Below are positions 34,101 to 37,130 of a stretch of DNA of 37,130 bases, piece by piece (within the stretch, counting starts at the first letter, position 1; the number at the start of each line of letters is the position of its first letter). Below the pieces are notes generated by a model. That model worked only from the letters and a program-made list of their open reading frames with translations. It did not search any database and was not told the DNA's origin. The DNA lies in NCBI GenBank assembly GCA_032718475.1, contig JAUCBJ010003764.1, forward strand, positions 1-37,130, given 5' to 3'. Both the position numbers and the translations under genes were made by a program. Source of the stretch: Nemertoderma westbladi (taxonomy: Eukaryota > Animalia > Xenacoelomorpha).

Positions 34101-37100
34101 ACTAACCCAAACGCTATCCCTAACGCTATCCCTAAAACTAACCCAATCCTAACCCAAACGCTATCCCTAACGCTATCCCTAACACTAACCCAAATGCTAT
34201 CCCTAACGCTATCCCTAACACTAACCCAAACGCTATCCCTAACACTATCCCTAACACTATCCCTAAAGCTAACCAAATCCTAACCCAAACGCTATCCCTA
34301 ACACTAACCCTAACACTATCCCTAAAGCTAACCAAATCCTAACCCAAACGCTATCCCTAACACTAACCCAAACGATATCCCTAAAACTAACCCAATCCTA
34401 ACCCCAACACTATCCCTAACACTAACCCAAACGCTATCCCTAACGCTATCCCTAACACTAACCCAATCCTAACCCAAACGCTATCCCTAACACTAACCCA
34501 AACGATATCCCTAACACTATCCCTAAAGCTAACCAAATCCTAACCCAAACGCTATCCCTAAAACTAACCCAAACGCTATCCCTAACACTAACCCAAACGC
34601 TATCCCTAACGCTATCCCTAACACTAACCCAAACGCTATCCCTAACGCTATCCCTAACACTAACCCAAACGCTATCCCTAACGCTATCCCTAACAGTAAC
34701 CCAAACGCTATCCCTAACGCTATCCCTAACAGTAACCCAAACGCTATCCCTAACACTAACCCAAACGATATCCCTAACACTATCCCTAAAGCTAACCAAA
34801 TCCTAACCCAAACGCTATCCCTAACACTAACCCAAACGCTATCCCTAACACTATCCCTAAAGCTAACCAAATCCTATCCCTAACACTATCCCTAACACTA
34901 ACCCAATCCTAACCCAAACGCTATCCCTAACACTATCCCTAACACTATCCCTAACACTAACCCAAACGCTATCCCTAACGCTATCCCTAACACTAACCCA
35001 AACACTATCCCTAACACTAACCCAATCCTAACCCAAACGCTATCCCTAACACTAACCCAAACGCTATCCCTAACACTATCCCTAAAGCTAACCAAATCCT
35101 AACCCAAACGCTATCCCTAACACTAACCCAAGCGCTATCCCTAACGCTATCCCTAACACTAACCCAAACGCTATCCCTAACACTATCCCTAAAGCTAACC
35201 CAATCCTAACCCAAACGCTATCCCTAACACTAACCCAAACGCTATCCCTAACGCTATCCCTAAAACTAACCCAATCCTAACCCAAGCGCTATCCCTAACG
35301 CTAACCCAAACGCTATCCCTAACGCTATCCCTAACACTAACCCAAACACTATCCCTAACACTATCCCTAACACTAACCCAAACGCTATCCCTAACGCTAT
35401 CCCTAACACTAACCCAAATGCTATCCCTAACGCTATCCCTAAAACTAACCCAATCCTAACCCAAACACTATCCCTAACGCTATCCCTAACACTAACCCAA
35501 TCCTAACCCAAACACTATCCCTAACGCTATCCCTAACACTAACCCAAATGCTATCCCTAACGCTATCCCTAAAACTAACCCAATCCTAACCCAAGCGCTA
35601 TCCCTAACGCTAACCCAAACGCTATCCCTAACGCTATCCCTAACACTAACCCAAACACTATCCCTAACACTATCCCTAACACTAACCCAAACGCTATCCC
35701 TAACGCTATCCCTAACACTAACCCAAATGCTATCCCTAACACTAACCCAAACGCTATCCCTAACGCTATCCCTAACACTAACCCAAACGCTATCCCTAAC
35801 ACTAACCCAAACGCTATCCCTAACGCTATCCCTAACACTAACCCAAACACTATCCCTAACACTAACCCAAACGCTATCCCTAACGCTATCCCTAACACTA
35901 ACCCAAATGCTATCCCTAACACTAACCCAAACGCTATCCCTAACGCTATCCCTAACACTAACCCAAACACTATCCCTAACACTATCCCTAACACTAACCC
36001 AAACGCTATCCCTAACGCTATCCCTAACACTAACCCAAGCGCTATCCCTAACGCTATCCCTAACACTAACCCAAATGCTATCCCTAACGCTATCCCTAAA
36101 ACTAACCCAATCCTAACCCAAGCGCTATCCCTAACGCTAACCCAAACGCTATCCCTAACGCTATCCCTAAAACTAACCCAATCCTAACCCAAGCGCTATC
36201 CCTAACGCTAACCCAAGCGCTATCCCTAACGCTATCCCTAACACTAACCCAAATGCTATCCCTAACGCTATCCCTAAAACTAACCCAATCCTAACCCAAG
36301 CGCTATCCCTAACACTAACCCAAACGCTATCCCTAAAGCTAATCCAATCCTAACCCAAACGCTATCCCTAACACTAACCCAATCATAACCCAAGCGCTAT
36401 CCCTAACACTAACCCAAACGCTATCCCTAAAGCTAATCCAATCCTAACCCAAACGCTATCCCTAACGCTATCCCTAACACTAACCCAAACGCTATCCCTA
36501 ACGCTATCCCTAACGCTAACCCAAACGCTATCCCTAAAGCTAATCCAATCCTAACCCAAGCGCTATCCCTAACGCTAACCCAAACGCTATCCCTAACGCT
36601 ATCCCTAACACTAACCCAAACACTATCCCTAACACTATCCCTAACACTAACCCAAACGCTATCCCTAACGCTATCCCTAACACTAACCCAAATGCTATCC
36701 CTAACACTAACCCAAGCGCTATCCCTAACGCTATCCCTAACACTATCCCTAACACTATCCCTAACACTAACCCAAACGCTATCCCTAACGCTATCCCTAA
36801 CACTAACCCAAACGCTATCCCTAATGCTATCCCTAACACTAACCCAAGCGCTATCCCTAACGCTATCCCTAACACTATCCCTAACGCTATCCCTAACACT
36901 AACCCAAACGCTATCCCTAACGCTATCCTCTAACCCATCCTAACCCAAACGCTATCCCTAACGCTATCCCTAACACTAACCCAAACGCTATCCCTAACGC
37001 TATCCCTAACACTAACCCAAACGCTATCCCTAACGCTATCCCTAACACTAACCCAAGCGCTATCCCTAACGCTATCCCTAACGCTATCCCTAACACTATC

Positions 37101-37130
37101 CCTAATCACTAACCCAAACGCTATCCCTAA
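22141..37130 (+). repeat. Telomere-motif-derived complex satellite (12-bp units CGCTATCCCTAA and CACTAACCCAAA plus variants)
   Basis: Continuous array of CCCTAA-like hexamer pairs. Near-identical ORF-track translations recur at 27596/31350/34458 and 28713/32467/35575, showing higher-order repeats. Confidence 0.97.

Noticed and set aside
22966-36943. Many ORFs (LGIAFG.., VSVRDS.., LSLTLT..)
   Set aside because: Translations of the 12-bp satellite that lack stops by chance; not genes.
22141-37130. Canonical terminal telomere
   Set aside because: Wrong strand polarity relative to the unique DNA, no pure TTAGGG run, and kb-scale higher-order repeats.

Overview
Repeat-dominated animal (probably invertebrate) genomic DNA. 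About 22 kb of nested transposable elements is followed by a ~15 kb telomere-motif-derived satellite that runs off the window. From left to right: (1) two orphan + strand ORFs, 132 aa and 591 aa (the latter with three zinc knuckles), followed by a possible PPT/LTR; (2) a non-autonomous piggyBac-type element with internal ~163-bp repeats; (3) a - strand BEL/Pao gag-protease ORF with no RT, preceded by an ATGA-coupled uORF and a leader holding six covarying kink-turn/UUCG hairpins and three GAAA hairpins, the last of which also recurs inside gag; (4) LINE endonuclease, Sola-like transposase and RTE fragments; (5) an intronless type II membrane fibrinogen-domain gene; (6) a Penelope > L2 > RTE nest with a 65-bp TSD; (7) a tRNA-derived Nin/Deu-type SINE; (8) the (CGCTATCCCTAA/CACTAACCCAAA)n array, which has kb-scale higher-order repeats and the opposite polarity to a terminal telomere. 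The structured-RNA array in the BEL/Pao leader is the most novel-looking item. Family calls come from motif recognition only; no database searches were run.
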